A DNA stretch of 64,000 nucleotides. Source: Bigelowiella natans CCMP2755 (lineage: Eukaryota; Protista; Cercozoa). Of this stretch, positions 15,001 through 30,000 are shown in pieces. Position 1 is the first letter of the stretch; each line of letters starts with the position of its first letter. The notes under the pieces were generated by a model. That model did not search any database. It saw nothing but the letters and a program-made list of their open reading frames with translations, and was not told the origin of the DNA. A program made the translations under genes and the position numbers. The stretch lies in the NCBI GenBank assembly GCA_000320545.1, contig ADNK01003025.1, positions 62,001-126,000 of the forward strand, in the 5' to 3' direction.

Positions 15001-18000
15001 TTTGCAGACGTCCTAGTTATAGAGAATACAGTGCAGCAGGTGTTCCTAACAGGCGCAGACTTCAAATTTGAATCTACTCTTGAAGGCCTAAGAGCTAACA
15101 TTACGCTTCAACCTTCGAACTACTCTGGCTCTGTATTGAGTGTCGGTGCAAACCATGGAGGTTTCTGGATTAGTGATTCAGAGCTTGATAGGATCACTAC
15201 CCAGACTAACCTCAATCTTGGAAGCATGCAAACAGACGTTGTCAGAGTAGATAACGTAACATATAAGGAACGAATGGATAACATTTTCATCTCTAGTACT
15301 AACAGGGTAAGCTTCGAAGGTCCCGAAGTTTCTTTCGAAACAACTCTTGGTGTCCATGCTGATAACGATGTGACTATTGATACAAACCTGACGGTAACAG
15401 GACTTGGTGAAGCCGTGGTTCTTTCTGCAGACTCAACATGCAACGGAACCGGAGTTCTTACTGTAACCTCGCAAGGATCTATCAAGGTAATGGATAGCAT
15501 CTTGACTATCCAGGCACATGATGTAATTCTGCTTGGACCTGTCGACTCTGGACCGGTTGCCACTCATTTCGTAGCTTGTAATGGAATCAACATTGACATC
15601 GGCGGAGATGGGTCTTCCACCACCGGGCAGATGAAGGTGTCGAAGAGCGAGCTGCAGCAGATCCACAGTACCAACCTGACATTCAGCGCGGTGACGGGTA
15701 GCATCTATGTATACGACACTGTGATTACTGATACAACGTATATCCGTGATCGCATCACTATGATGGCTCTTAACGATCTTGTGTTCGCTGCATCTACCGT
15801 GTTCAAGTCTATTCGTGCTGTCGCACTTAAGCTGAACATATCTGCGGACATGAAGGTAACAGAGGGTCACATGGTGCTTGAGGCTACGGAGTACAACGTG
15901 GAGTCAGGCATCTGGGTTCAATCCGAGGTACAGAACATCTACGTTGAGCCTACTATTGGCGGATCTGGAATCATGCGCTCAGGAACTCCTGTCACATGGA
16001 GGAGTGCGCATGATTTGAGCTTCGATGTAAGTATGAAGGTGTACGGATCTGGATCACTGATGCTGCAAAGTGACAGTGACGAGGACAACAGCGGTGTGGT
16101 TGCATTCTCTCGTAACGCGAACGTAACTGTTATTGACCCTGCAGTACAGCAGGTCGTCATTACAGCTGCTGACGTGTACTGGGAGTCTCACTTGAACGCT
16201 ATGCACGCTAACATTACCGTGCAGCCTTCGAATATTACTGGATCAGCTTTGAGTGTTGGTAACTTCCATGCTGGATTGCATTTGAGCGATATGGAGTTGG
16301 ATTTGATGAAGACCACGACATCCATACAGCTCGGAAGTCTGCAAACCGACCGCGTTTACATCGACGCTGTGAACCACACTGATACTCCGGCTGATGTGTA
16401 CTTTGTAGCTACAAACAAGGTAGAGTTCCTCGGAGCTCCTTCCAAGTTCTCGACGAGACTGGGAGTCCACGCTGATAACGACGTCGTGTTGAAGTCTGAG
16501 GTGACTGTTGACGGTGGTACTGTGACTATCGTAGCAGACGCTGCCTGCAACAACACTGGATTCTTCAACAAAACTGGATCGGGATCGTTGAAGACGACGG
16601 ATAATGTATTGTGGGTCCAAGCACAGGATGTAGTAATGGCGCATCCAGGAAGACTGGACTCTGGGGCTGCAGCGACACATTTCGTCGGTTGCGACTTGGT
16701 CAACATCGACGTGGGTGGTGACGGTTCATCGACCACAGGCGAGATGAATATCGACCGTTACGAGTTGCAGCTGCTCAGCGCGACAAACCTGACGTTCAAT
16801 GCCGAGAGCGCAAGCATTTGGGTGTATGAGACTGCAAGTTCGGATACACTCAAGGTCGAAGACCGCATCACTTTCAATGCGTTTGAGAACTTGGTGTTCG
16901 CTGGTTCAACCGTGTTCAAGTCCGTTCGCGGAGTTGCTCCAAACGTGAACATCTCGAATGATATGAAGGTATCTGAAGGCCATCTTGTTCTTTCAGCTGA
17001 TGAATACCAGGTGTCCGCCGGAACTTGGGTTCAGTCTGAAGGTTTGAACATTTACATTAAGCCAAAGGGAGCTTCTAGTAAAATGGTTGCTCATACGCCT
17101 GTGCGATGGAGAAGTGCGAATGATCTGACTTTTGAAGTTCCGCAGAAGATTTATGGTGATGGCAATGTGTTCTTCGAAACCGATAGTGACTCCGACGCTG
17201 GTGGAAAGCTTGTATTTTCGGCAGGGTCAGACATTGATATAATGGATCCAAATCTGCGGGGAGTTACTTTCACTGCCGCAGATTTTGACCTTCTTGCGAC
17301 ACTAAGAGCGAAAAACGCAAACCTTACGCTGGAGACATCTAACTACACCGATTCAGTTATGAGTTTAGGTGTAGATCATGGTGGTCTCCACTTTTCTTCC
17401 ATTGAAGCAAACAGAATGTACACGAATGGAACCACGATGTTCGGTAGCCCCCAAACAGATACCATCAACATTGATGGTTTCGTTTCTACAACCTTGTACC
17501 ATCGAATTAGTATGACTAGTCAGAGCGGTGTTGTTTTCCGAGGAGCAAGTTCCTCTTTCAACGGAAAACTATTTTTGTCTGCCGCCAACCATCTGACTGT
17601 CAATAGTACGTTGAATAACTATGGTGAGTACATCGAGATGATTGCAGATCAACTTTGCAATGGTACGGGAACCCTAACGATTGGTCTTGGAGGAAACATT
17701 AATTCCAACGGGAAGAAAATTAATATTCAAGCAAACGATCTTGTTTTGGAGGGTATATTAAATGCTGGAACTGGTGTGGTCACAATGAGCGGTTGTCACG
17801 ATGTGTCCTTCGACATCGGCGGAACCGGCATGACAAACACCGGACAATTCAGGCTTTCCAGGGAAGAGATGCAGCGAATTACTTCAGGAAATCTCACCAT
17901 TGTCAGTACTTCAGGAAATATTACCGTCTACAAGACTGTAGCATTAGATGTAGCAAAGATTGGTGACTTCGTGATTTTTGATGCATATCTGAAAACGAAA

Positions 18001-21000
18001 TTTGTCCAGCCAAGTATTTTTAATGCACTGAAAGTGGTTACTCCAAGCATTGAAATTCTTGAAGCTGTAAAGATGATTCAAGGAAATTTGGATATGCATG
18101 CATCGCATTACCAGATTGGCCCACAAGTTCGTATCACCAATGACGCTGGAAACATATACTTCAAGCAACTAAAGACTATGAAGACGAAGTTAAATACTGA
18201 GACCCCAGTCACTATTGAAGCTGCAGGCGATCTCACTTTTGAGACCCCGATATTTGTCAATGGTACTGGATCTGTGATTCTTAGAAGTGATAGTGATAGC
18301 GATGCGGCTGGGACCTTATCATTCGACTCCGTATCTGAAATTACGGTTACAGACGGAAGCGTGCAACAAATCCACCTCACCGGAGCCGATTTGATTTTGG
18401 AAGCAAAACTCAATGCCAACAATGCAAACGTTACTATCCAACCTACCAACATCTCGGAATCACAGTTGTCTGTGGGTATGAATCATGGAGGTCTACATCT
18501 AAGTGACTATGAGTTGGATCTCATTACAACTTCATCTCAGATGATTCTTGGGAGCTTGCAAACCGACTATGTATACATTGACTCTGTCTCTCATGCTGAC
18601 ACCCCGCAGGATGTATACATTATCAGTGGCAACCGCATTGACTTCTTGGGCGGAAGATCCAATTTCTCGACTCGCCTTGGAATTCATGCTGTCACTCATG
18701 CACAGATCGACACCCCAATTAGTGTGAAGAACGGTAAGGTCAATATCATTACTGACTTTGTCTGTAATGGTACTGGTGCTCTCTTTGTCACTGACACTGG
18801 ATCGGTGACAACCAATAACTATGAGTTGACTCTTCAAGTCAATGATATCGATCTCAACGGAACACTTGACTCAGGCAATAAAGTGACTAATTTCATTGGC
18901 TGCAGCGGTGTTGGGATCGATGTTGGTGGCGATGGCGGTTCAACAACGGGTGAAATGGTGGTTGACAAGCTCGAGCTGCAGAAAATCAGCTCTACGAATT
19001 TGACCTTCAAATCCGTGTCTAAAAACATCTATGTTTATGACACAGTCATTGAGGATACTGCAGATGTGAAAAGCAGAATGACATTCACCGCCTTTAAAGA
19101 TCTTGTTTTTGCTGCGTCGAATGTCTTTAAATCGGTTCTCGGAGTAGCTCCTAATATTACTATTTCCGGAGATATGAAGGTCACAGAAGGTCATTTGATT
19201 CTTGAGGCTACGAATTACGGCGTGGCTTCAGGAATCTGGATCCAATCTGAGATTGAAAATATTTACATTGAACCGACACAGGGTCAACAAGGTAGCATGA
19301 TCACTGGATCTCCAGTATGGTGGAGAAGTGCCAACGACCTAACCTTTGATGTTCCAATGAACATCACGGGGACTGGGAGCGTCATGTATCACTCCGATAG
19401 CGATGAAGACGGAACAGGAACAATTTCCTTTTCCTCAGTGAGCCACGTTACTGTTGTAGATCCAGCAGTTCAACAAATTGTGTTCACTGGTGCAGATGTG
19501 ATTCTCGAAGCAAATATCGAAGCACTTCACGCAAATGTTACGGTTCAGCCCGCCAACCATACCGTCGCGACGATGAGTCTTGGTACATATCATGGTGGTC
19601 TACATCTAACGGACGCTGAACTGGATCGTATTTCTACAACCACTTCTGTGACATTCGGTAGCCTTCAAACCGACAGGATTTTCGTTGATGGCATAAGTCA
19701 TTCCGATACTCCAGCAGACGTTTACTTTATTAGTATGGACACAATTAGCTTCCAAGGTGCATCAAGTAATTTTTCCACCAGAGTGGGTATCCACGCTGAT
19801 AATGACGTCGAAGTTGCAACCGATCTGTTAGTGGTTGGTGGTACTGTTACTATTGTTGCTGACTCAACTTGTGATAGGAGTGGAACATTCACGAAATCTG
19901 GAAATGGAAGCATTACAACTACAAACAATGTGATGTGGATCCAAGCAGATGATGTGAATTTGCAACATCCTGGCCGCATTGATACTGGCAGTGCAGCGTT
20001 GCATTTCGTTGGATGCAGTGGAATCAATGTTGATGTTGGAGGTCACGGACAGATGACAACAGGTGAATTAAGCATTGACAAATTAGAGCTACAGCTTTTG
20101 ACATCCACCAACCTGACCTTCAACGCGGAATCAGCTAGCATATTTGTTTACGAGACTGTGATTTCTGACACCGCGCAAGTTCAAGATCGTATCACATTCA
20201 ATGCTTTCGAAACTCTGAATTTCGAGGGATCCTCCGTGTTCAAATCTGTTCGGGCTGTTGCACCAAACGTGACTTTGAACGCTGACCTGAAAGTGACTGA
20301 AGGCCATCTGATATTCGAGGCCGACAGATACGTTGTCTCTTCTGGAGTATACGTACAATCGGAAGTACAGAACATATATGTCGAGTCCACGAAGGGGACT
20401 TCTACCGGCGTAATGCAGCTCCAAACTCCCGTTACCTGGAGATCTGCGAACGATATCACTTTCGAGGTTCCAATGGACGTACGTGGAAATCAAATTGTTG
20501 TTTTCCACGCAGACAGTGACGAGAGCGCCAATGGAGCACTTGTTTTCTCATCGAGAGCGGATATTAACGTCAAACAGACAACTGTGAGAAACCTCATTTT
20601 CACTGCAGCTGACATTGACTTAGAATCCCTCGTTAAAGCGAATAAAGCAAACGTGACTGTGCAGCCTACGAACTACACTGGATCTGTTCTCAGTGTTGGA
20701 ATCAACCATGGAGGTCTTTCTCTTTCAACCGATGAGTTGAACCGTATTACCACTACTGGTAATTTACAGTTGGGAAGTATGCAAACAGACTTCGTCTACC
20801 TCGATGGTGTAGCCCATACTGATGCCCCAGCTAAAGTTTTTGTCGAGAGTTGGGATCAAATTAGCTTACAAGGTTTTGACTCAAGTTTTATTACTAACTT
20901 TGAAGCCAACGCTCGTGGAAATGTTAATGTAAGCAGCGTGCTTCTAGTAAGCAATGGTCAAGTTACTGTGTGGGCCGACAACGATTGTTCTGGAGCTGGT

Positions 21001-24000
21001 GAACTAAACATTAAGACTGGAAGTTCGTTGGCCTCCTCAAATACATTTATTTCATTAAAGGCGTATGATGTTCATATTGAAGGTACTGTAAACTCCGGAA
21101 CAGCACCAACATACATGAGCTCCTGCTCTGGAATGTCATTAGATATCGGAGGAGGTGGATTTTCAACAACGGGATCCTTACGTCTTTCTGAAGCTGAACT
21201 CACACAGATTACCAGCACCAACTTCACAATGGAGGCTGTGGGATCTAATCTAACTGTGTACGAGCTAAAGAGACCTGCATCGCAGACTATTACTGACAGG
21301 ATTATTTTAATGGCAGACAAACTAGTCACATTCAAAGAATCCTCGATCTTTAAGTCTCTTCGAACTGTGTCACCGAGAATTAATTTGGATGAGGACATCA
21401 AAGTCTGGGAAAGCCATTTGATTCTCGAGTCAAATGTGTTGACAGTGGCTTCCGGGGTTCACGTACAGTCAGAAATTGAGAACATCTACGTCGAACCAAT
21501 AGTAGGCGGCGATGGAATCGTGTACACAGACACACCCGTGAACTGGCGCTCTGCAAATGATATCACCTTCAATGTACCTATGATGGTATACGGTGACCAG
21601 AGTGTCTTCCTCATCGCTGATAGCGATGAAGATTCCACGGGATCATTGGTATTCTCTAAAGAAGCTGATGTTGTTGTCACAAAGAATACTGTACAGCAGA
21701 TATTCTTGACTGGAGGTGATATCGAGCTTGAGTCCGTAATTGAGGGACTAAGGGCCAACATCACAATACAGCCTACTAACTATACTGGGTCTGTGCTTAG
21801 CATTGGTAACAACCATGGCGGCTTCTGGCTCAGTGACTCTGAATTGGACAAGATTACAACCCAAACCAATCTAAACCTGGGCAGTCTACAAACAGATGTT
21901 GTTCGTATCGATGGCGTTAATCATACGAACAAACCAGAAAACATATTTATTACTAGTATGAATAGAGTAAGCTTCGAAGGCAGTCCAGTGTCCTTCTCAA
22001 CAAGACTTGGGGTGCACGCTGATAATGATATTACTGTCAGCTCGAATCTCACTGTTGTTGGACGTGGTGAAACCGTGGTTCTTTCTGCAGACTCAACATG
22101 CAACGGAACCGGAGTTCTTACTGTATCCTCGCAAGGATCTATCAAGGTAATGGATAGCATCTTGACTATCCAGGCACATGATGTAATTCTGCTTGGACCT
22201 GTCGACTCTGGACCGGTTGCCACTCATTTCGTAGCTTGTAATGGAATCAACATTGACATCGGCGGAGATGGGTCTTCCACCACAGGGCAGATGAAGGTGT
22301 CGAAGAGCGAGCTGCAGCAGATCCACAGTACCAACCTGACATTCAGCGCGGTGACGGGTAGCATCTATGTATACGACACTGTGATTACTGATACAACGTA
22401 TATCCGTGATCGCATCACTATGATGGCTCTTAACGATCTTGTGTTCGCTGGATCTACCGTGTTCAAGTCTATTCGTGCTGTCGCACCTAAGCTGAACATA
22501 TCTGCGGACATGAAGGTAACAGAGGGTCACATGGTGCTTGAGGCTACGGAGTACAACGTGGAGTCAGGCATCTGGGTTCAATCCGAGGTACAGAACATCT
22601 ACGTTGAGCCTACTATTGGCGGATCTGGAATCATGCGCTCAGGAACTCCTGTCACATGGAGGAGTGCGCATGATTTGAGCTTCGATGTAAGTATGAAGGT
22701 GTACGGATCTGGATCACTGATGCTGCAAAGTGACAGTGACGAGGACAACAGCGGTGTGGTTGCATTCTCTCGTAACGCGAACGTAACTGTTATTGACCCT
22801 GCAGTACAGCAGGTCGTCATTACAGCTGCTGACGTGTACTGGGAGTCTCACTTGAACGCTATGCACGCTAACATTACCGTGCAGCCTTCGAATATTACTG
22901 GATCAGCTTTGAGTGTTGGTAACTTCCATGCTGGATTGCATTTGAGCGATATGGAGTTGGATTTGATGAAGACCACGACATCCATACAGCTCGGAAGTCT
23001 GCAAACCGACCGCGTTTACATCGACGCTGTGAACCACACTGATACTCCGGCTGATGTGTACTTTGTAGCTACAAACAAGGTAGAGTTCCTCGGAGCTCCT
23101 TCCAAGTTCTCGACGAGACTGGGAGTCCACGCTGATAACGACGTCGTGTTGAAGTCTGAGGTGACTGTTGACGGTGGTACTGTGACTATCGTAGCAGACG
23201 CTGCCTGCAACAACACTGGATTCTTCAACAAAACTGGATCGGGATCGTTGAAGACGACGGATAATGTATTGTGGGTCCAAGCACAGGATGTAGTAATGGC
23301 GCATCCAGGAAGACTGGACTCTGGGGCTGCAGCGACACATTTCGTCGGTTGCGACTTGGTCAACATCGACGTGGGTGGTGACGGTTCATCGACCACAGGC
23401 GAGATGAATATCGACCGTTACGAGTTGCAGCTGCTCAGCGCGACAAACCTGACGTTCAATGCCGAGAGCGCAAGCATTTGGGTGTATGAGACTGCAAGTT
23501 CGGATACACTCAAGGTCGAAGACCGCATCACTTTCAATGCGTTTGAGAACTTGGTGTTCGCTGGTTCAACCGTGTTCAAGTCCGTTCGCGGAGTTGCTCC
23601 AAACGTGAACATCTCGAATGACATTAAAGTTGATTCTGGAGATCTTGTTCTCGCCGTTGACCTGTTGAAAGTTGATTCTGGTGTCTGGATTCAGGCCGAA
23701 GTTGAGAATATTTATGTTGAACCAAGGGGAAGTACCGGAAAAGTCCTCTCCAATTCTCCCGTATATTGGAAGAGTGCGAACGATATCAGTTTCGAGTTAC
23801 CAATGACAGTAATTGGAAGCGGTATTGTGGCCATGCATGCAGATACTGATGAAGATGCATCTGGTTCCATTGCATTCAGCAGTTCCGCAAACCTTACTGT
23901 CATGGATAGTGCTCTGCAAGAACTTCACTTTACTGCTGCCGATATTCATTTGCACAACTTTATTGATGCTATGCAAGCAAACGTAAGCGTGCAAGTATCG

Positions 24001-27000
24001 AACTATTCAGGTTCGACAATGAGTGTCGGAGCAAATTATGGTGGTCTTCATCTCAGTGAGTTAGAATTAAACAGCATTAGGACAGCTACTTCCTTGAAAT
24101 TAGGAAGTTTACAAACTGATATGCTCAGTATAGACGGTGTTACCCATGTTGATACCCCAGCAGACTTATATTTTGTCAGTATGAATAAGATTTCGTTTCT
24201 TGGAAATAGTTCTACATTCAAAACACGAATGGGAATTTATGCTGATAACGATATTCACATCTTGAGTCCCGTTACAACCACTGGTGGAACTGTGACAATT
24301 GTAGCCGACTCCACGTGCAATAGAACTGGTATGTTTTATAAATCGGGTTCAGGGAGCATTACTACAACGGACAATGTTCTTTGGATTCAAGCATACGATA
24401 TTGAGCTAGAGCCAAATGGACGAATTAATACAGGAAACGCAGCCATTCATATAATTGGTTGTGACGACGTTTCCATCGATGTTGGTGGTGATGGTATGAC
24501 TACTACTGGCCAAATCCGATTGGGTAAGAATGAGCTCCAGTTGCTCACATCTACCAATTTGACCTTCAGCGCGGAGACGGGAGACATAACTGTATACGAT
24601 ACAGTCTCAGCTGATACTGCAGGAGTAAGTGACCGTGTCACTTTCATTGCTGATCATCAATTGGGATTTGTTGGATCCTCAGTTTTCAAGTCTGTGCGAG
24701 CAGTTGCTCCTAAGATGAATATTTCAGAGGATCTGAAAGTCACCGAAAGTCATCTTATCTTGGAGGCAACAGAGTTCATTGTTGCTACTGGTGTTCATGT
24801 ACAATCAGAAGCACAGAACATATATTTGGAACCCCATGCTCACATGACTGGCAAGATGGATATCCACGCTCCAATGGAGTGGAGGAGTGTTGGAGACATC
24901 ACAGTTGAAATCCCCATTGATGTCAGAGGTACGGGTGTTCTGAGATTTGAAGCCGACAGCGACGCAGATAAGGATGGAACTCTGTCTTTCAGCTCTGGTT
25001 CCGACCTTAACGTGATCGAATCTAGTGTAAGTGCTCTTGATATCTCTGCCGCTGATATTCACTTAGTCAGTTTCATTAGAGGCCGACAAGCAAATATCAC
25101 AATTCAAGTATCGAATAGCACGAACTCAATTACTAGTATTGGAGCAGATCACGGCGGACTGCATCTTAACGATACTGAGCTTGACAGAATCACGACAACA
25201 ACGCAGTTACAACTCGGTGGATACCAATCTGAGACTACTTATGTCGATGGTGTGAGCCACACGGATACCCCTGACGATGTGTTCGTAATGAGTGAAATTG
25301 ATGTCAATTTTATTGGAGCTCCTTCAACCTTCGTCACGGGATTTAATGTTTTAGCAAAGGACGATGTACGAATTAGTGCCCATTTGACAACCAAAAATGG
25401 AAACGTTAGTATGATTGGTGATTCCGACTGTAATGGTGTCGGTAAGTTTATCTTGACACGAACGGGGTCTCTCGATACAACTAACAACGAGTTGACTATT
25501 AGGGGCGCTACGTTCTACACTCAAGGTCAGCTGACAACGGGAACTGCGAGCACACAGTTTTCAAGTTGTGGTGGCTTGGACTTTGATATTGGCGGAGACG
25601 GAACTACAACAACCGGCAACATCAAGATCTCTCGAGAGGAGCTCAGAATGATGTCCGGAAGCAATTTCACCATTCGTGGAAACTCCATCAATATTTACAA
25701 CCTCTCTGCCGAAGATACGTTGGGATTCAAAGGCAGATTTAATCTCATCTCGAAGACCTTCGTCGTTTTCCATGAAGACAGTATGTTCAAAGCTTTGACT
25801 GTAACTGCTCCTGTAGTAAATGTTACTGCAAACTTGAAGATTACTGAGGAACATCTGCTGTTTTATCCGCATGCTATGCGTGTCGAGCGTGATGTGCACA
25901 TCAGCAATGAGGCCAGAAACATTTACGTTTATCCACGTGAGGGCAAATATGGCTCCATCATAACTGACACACCAGTTGAATGGAAAGCTAATGATGACAT
26001 TACTTTCGAGGTACCAATGTATGTTCACGGTGCCGGTGCCTTGATCTTCAAGGCTGACAAGAGTCAAGACGCAAATGGAGCAGTCTCATTCAATAACAGG
26101 GCAAACTTTACTGTGATGGATTCTGCTGTTCAAGAGATTGTTGTTGAGGGTGCTGACTTTATTCTCGAGGCTCCATTTGAAGCGCTCCAGGCTAATGTGA
26201 CTATCAAAACATCCAATTACACAAACTCTAAAATGAGCATTGGACATTACCATGGTGGATTCCATTTAGATGACGCTGAGCTTGACCGAATTACAACCAC
26301 ATCTTCATTGCAGCTCGGTAGCTTGCAAACGGATTTCATCACTATTGACGGAGCTACCCATACTGACACTCCAGCAGATGTCAACTTGATTGCAATAGAT
26401 TCTATTGTTTTCGCCAACAATGATACTGTTTTCACTGCAAGACTAGGTGTCCACTCGGACAAGCATATCGTCGTTGATTCAAACTTAACAGTACTGGATG
26501 GAACTTTGACGATGGTTGCAGATGCACCTTGTGGAAAGACTGGGCACTTCAGTGTAACTTCGAGCGGCAGCGTTACAACTTCAGACAATGCGTTCTGGAT
26601 TCAAGCATATGACGTGCGACTTGATGGAGGAATGAATTCCGGCAGATCAGCCATGCACTTTGTCGGTTGTGATGGCGTATCGATCGATGTTGGTGGAGAT
26701 GGTTCTTCTAAGACTGGGCAAATGATTGTTGATCGATCCGAGTTAGCACTGCTCACAAGCACGAATCTCACATTCAATGCCGAGAGTGCTGATATATTCG
26801 TCTATGAAACTGTATATGCAGATACACTCACGATTGCAGATCGTATCACTTTCAATGCATTCTATAACTTGGTTTTCAAGGAATCGTCCGTTTTCAAATC
26901 TATCAGAGGTGCATCACCTAGGATTAACATCACTGGAGACATGAAAGTCGCTGAGGGCCACATGGTTCTTGAAGCTATCAATTACACAGTTGATGCTGAT

Positions 27001-30000
27001 GTTCACATTCAATCTGAAACGTTGAACATTTATATTGAGTCAACGCCAGGATCCCAAGGACAGATGGATACCAACACACCTGTGACCTGGAAATCTGCAG
27101 CAGATCTTTCCTTCGAGGTCCCTGTATTTGTCCAGGGTGAGGATTCATGGATGATTCAAGCGGATAGTGACGAAGATGCAGATGGAACTATTTCGTTTTC
27201 GTCTGCAGCTAATATCTATGTCGTCGATGCTACCGTCGATCAGATTCAGTTGACTGCTGCTGATGTCATGTTGGATTCAACTTTGCAGGCAATGCACGCT
27301 AATGTTACCGTACAAGCATCAAATCATTCAAACTCGATGATCAGTGTTGGTGTAAACAAAGGCGGAATGCATTTAAGCGATGCAGAAATTGATCGCATTT
27401 TGACTACGAGTATCATCACCATTGGAAGCAGACAAACAGACTTTGTGAATGTCGACACACTTAGTCGTAATGATCACACAGCAGATATGCAGTTCATTGC
27501 ACTGTACTATCTGAAGGTTGTTGGAGGTAACTCTCTGACGAACTCGACAACGACGCTCATTTCCGACGGACACTTAGATGTTTTGTCTGGGTTGACAGTA
27601 CACCAAGGAAATCTATTTGTCACCGCGGATGGCAATTGCAACAAAACTGGTACGTTCACAATTGGTTCATTCGGCTCTATTACCGTTAAGAGCCAGGATG
27701 TGTTCGTGCGCGCTCGAGAAGTAGATTTCTTCGGACGCTTGGATGTAGGAAACGCACTTCTGGATATCACAAGTTGCTCTTCTTATTCCATCGATGTTGG
27801 AAAAGATAGATTCTTTGGCGATCAACTTCCTGCAGAAATGCATGTTGCTAGGGAGGACTTGCAGCAGATTGCAGCAACAAACCTTACTATTTCTGCTGTG
27901 AGTGCCAATTTGTCAGTGTATTACACCGATTCTGGCGATACGCCCTACCACACTGACCGCATCACTCTGAACGCAGATCAGTACTTAACATTCTACGAAT
28001 CGAGTATCTTCAGGTCGTTGCGGGCAGTAGCTCCAAGAATTGACCTGCTTCACGATCTTAAGGTTACTCACGGGCATCTGATCTTGGAATCAAACGTTCT
28101 CGACGTTGCTACCATGGTCCATGTACAATCTGAAGCTACGAACATATATATCGAACCTATTCAAGGTGGACAGGGTATTGCTTACACTGATACGCCAGTG
28201 AACTGGCGTTCGGTTAACGATATCACCTTTAATGTTCCATTATACGTTCGCGGATCGGAGACGTTGACACTTAACGCTGATAGCGATGAAGACGCAAATG
28301 GAGATCTAGTGTTCTCTGTTGAAGCCAACATCGTCGCCACCGAAAACAGTGTACAACAATTCTTCTTTACAGCTGCAGATATGAAGATGGAGTCCTTTGT
28401 TGAGGCCCTCATGGCTAATGTTACTGTACAAACTTCCAACTACACGAATTCTGTTCTTAGTATTGGGAATAACCATGGTGGGTTCTGGCTCAGCGATGCG
28501 GAGCTTGACCGTATCAGGACAAGAACGACTCTTAATATTGGAAATCTTCAAACAGACAATATCTTCATTGACGGAGTCAGCCACACAGAGAAGCCAAAGG
28601 ATGTTTTTATTACCGCGGCAAACAGGGTCAGCTTTGAAAGCCAACCTTCAACATTTGTGACAAGAATTGGTGTTCATGCTGACAACGATATCAGCATCAG
28701 CACTAATCTTACGGTAACGGGTCGGGGCGAATCCGTGATTTTGTCTGCGGATTCGAAATGCAATGGCACAGGAAGTCTCATCGTTTCACCACTTGGATCA
28801 GTGAAGGTGGTCGATAGTATTCTTACTATTCAGGCTAACGATGTAGATCTCCGTGGATCAATTGTATCCGGCACGACAACAACTCATTTTGTTGGTTGCT
28901 CCGGAGTCAACATCGATGTAGGAGGCGATGGTACGTCAACTACAGGCCAAATGACACTGGAAAAAAGCGAACTGCAACGTATTATTAGTACAAATCTTTC
29001 TTTCAGCGCAGTGACGGCAAGCATTTATGTGTATGACACCGTAATTACTGACACCGCGACTGTTGCTGGGCGTGTCACTCTACACGCTAGAGACAATATT
29101 GTCTTCGCTGGGCCGGGGGCAAGCACCTGGAAAGAACTCAGAGCAGCTGCCGATACTGTTAACATTTCTGCTGATATCAAGGTGACAGAGGGTCATATGA
29201 TATATGAAGCTCATGAATATAACGTTGCCTCTGGTGTTTGGATTCAAAGTGAGGTCCAAAACATCTACGTCGAACCTACACTTGGAGGGAATGGAAGCAT
29301 GGCGACAAACACACCAGTCTGGTGGAAAAGTGCTGGTGACATCACCTTTGATGTTCCTGTCAAAGTCTTCGGTTCTTCCATTCTCGCCTTCCAGGCGGAC
29401 TCAAATGAAGACGCGTCTGGTACTATTTCGTTCTCAGCACACTCAAACTTGACTGTGGTTGATCCGTCAGTTAAGCATGTACAAGTAACTGCAGCTGATG
29501 TGATCCTTGAAACGGAAATGAATGCTCTGAACGCTAACGTTACTTTCGAAACATCTAACTACACTCATGCGGTAATGAGTCTTGGTAAGAATTACGGAGG
29601 TCTGCATCTTACAGATACAGAATTAGATCGCATTACGTCTGTGAATGCAATAACCTTCGGTAGTACGCAAACTGATGTCCTCTGGATTGATGGATTTTCA
29701 TCTGTTGAAACCCCTCAAACAGTTTACCTGCTTTCCATGAATAGGATTAACTTCTTAGGAAAGGGGTCGTACTTCCATACTAATGTAGAAATGCACGCCA
29801 ATAATGATGTTATTGTCGATTCTCTTGTCAACATCACGGGGACTGTCATCGTCGTTGCAGACGCAACGTGCAATCACACTGGAGAATTTATACTGACTTC
29901 CCAAGGAACATTAAATGCTTCTGGATACGACGTAACAATACAGGCTCATGATATGACCATTAATCATCCTCTGATTTCAGGAAAAGCTCCTATGCATTTC

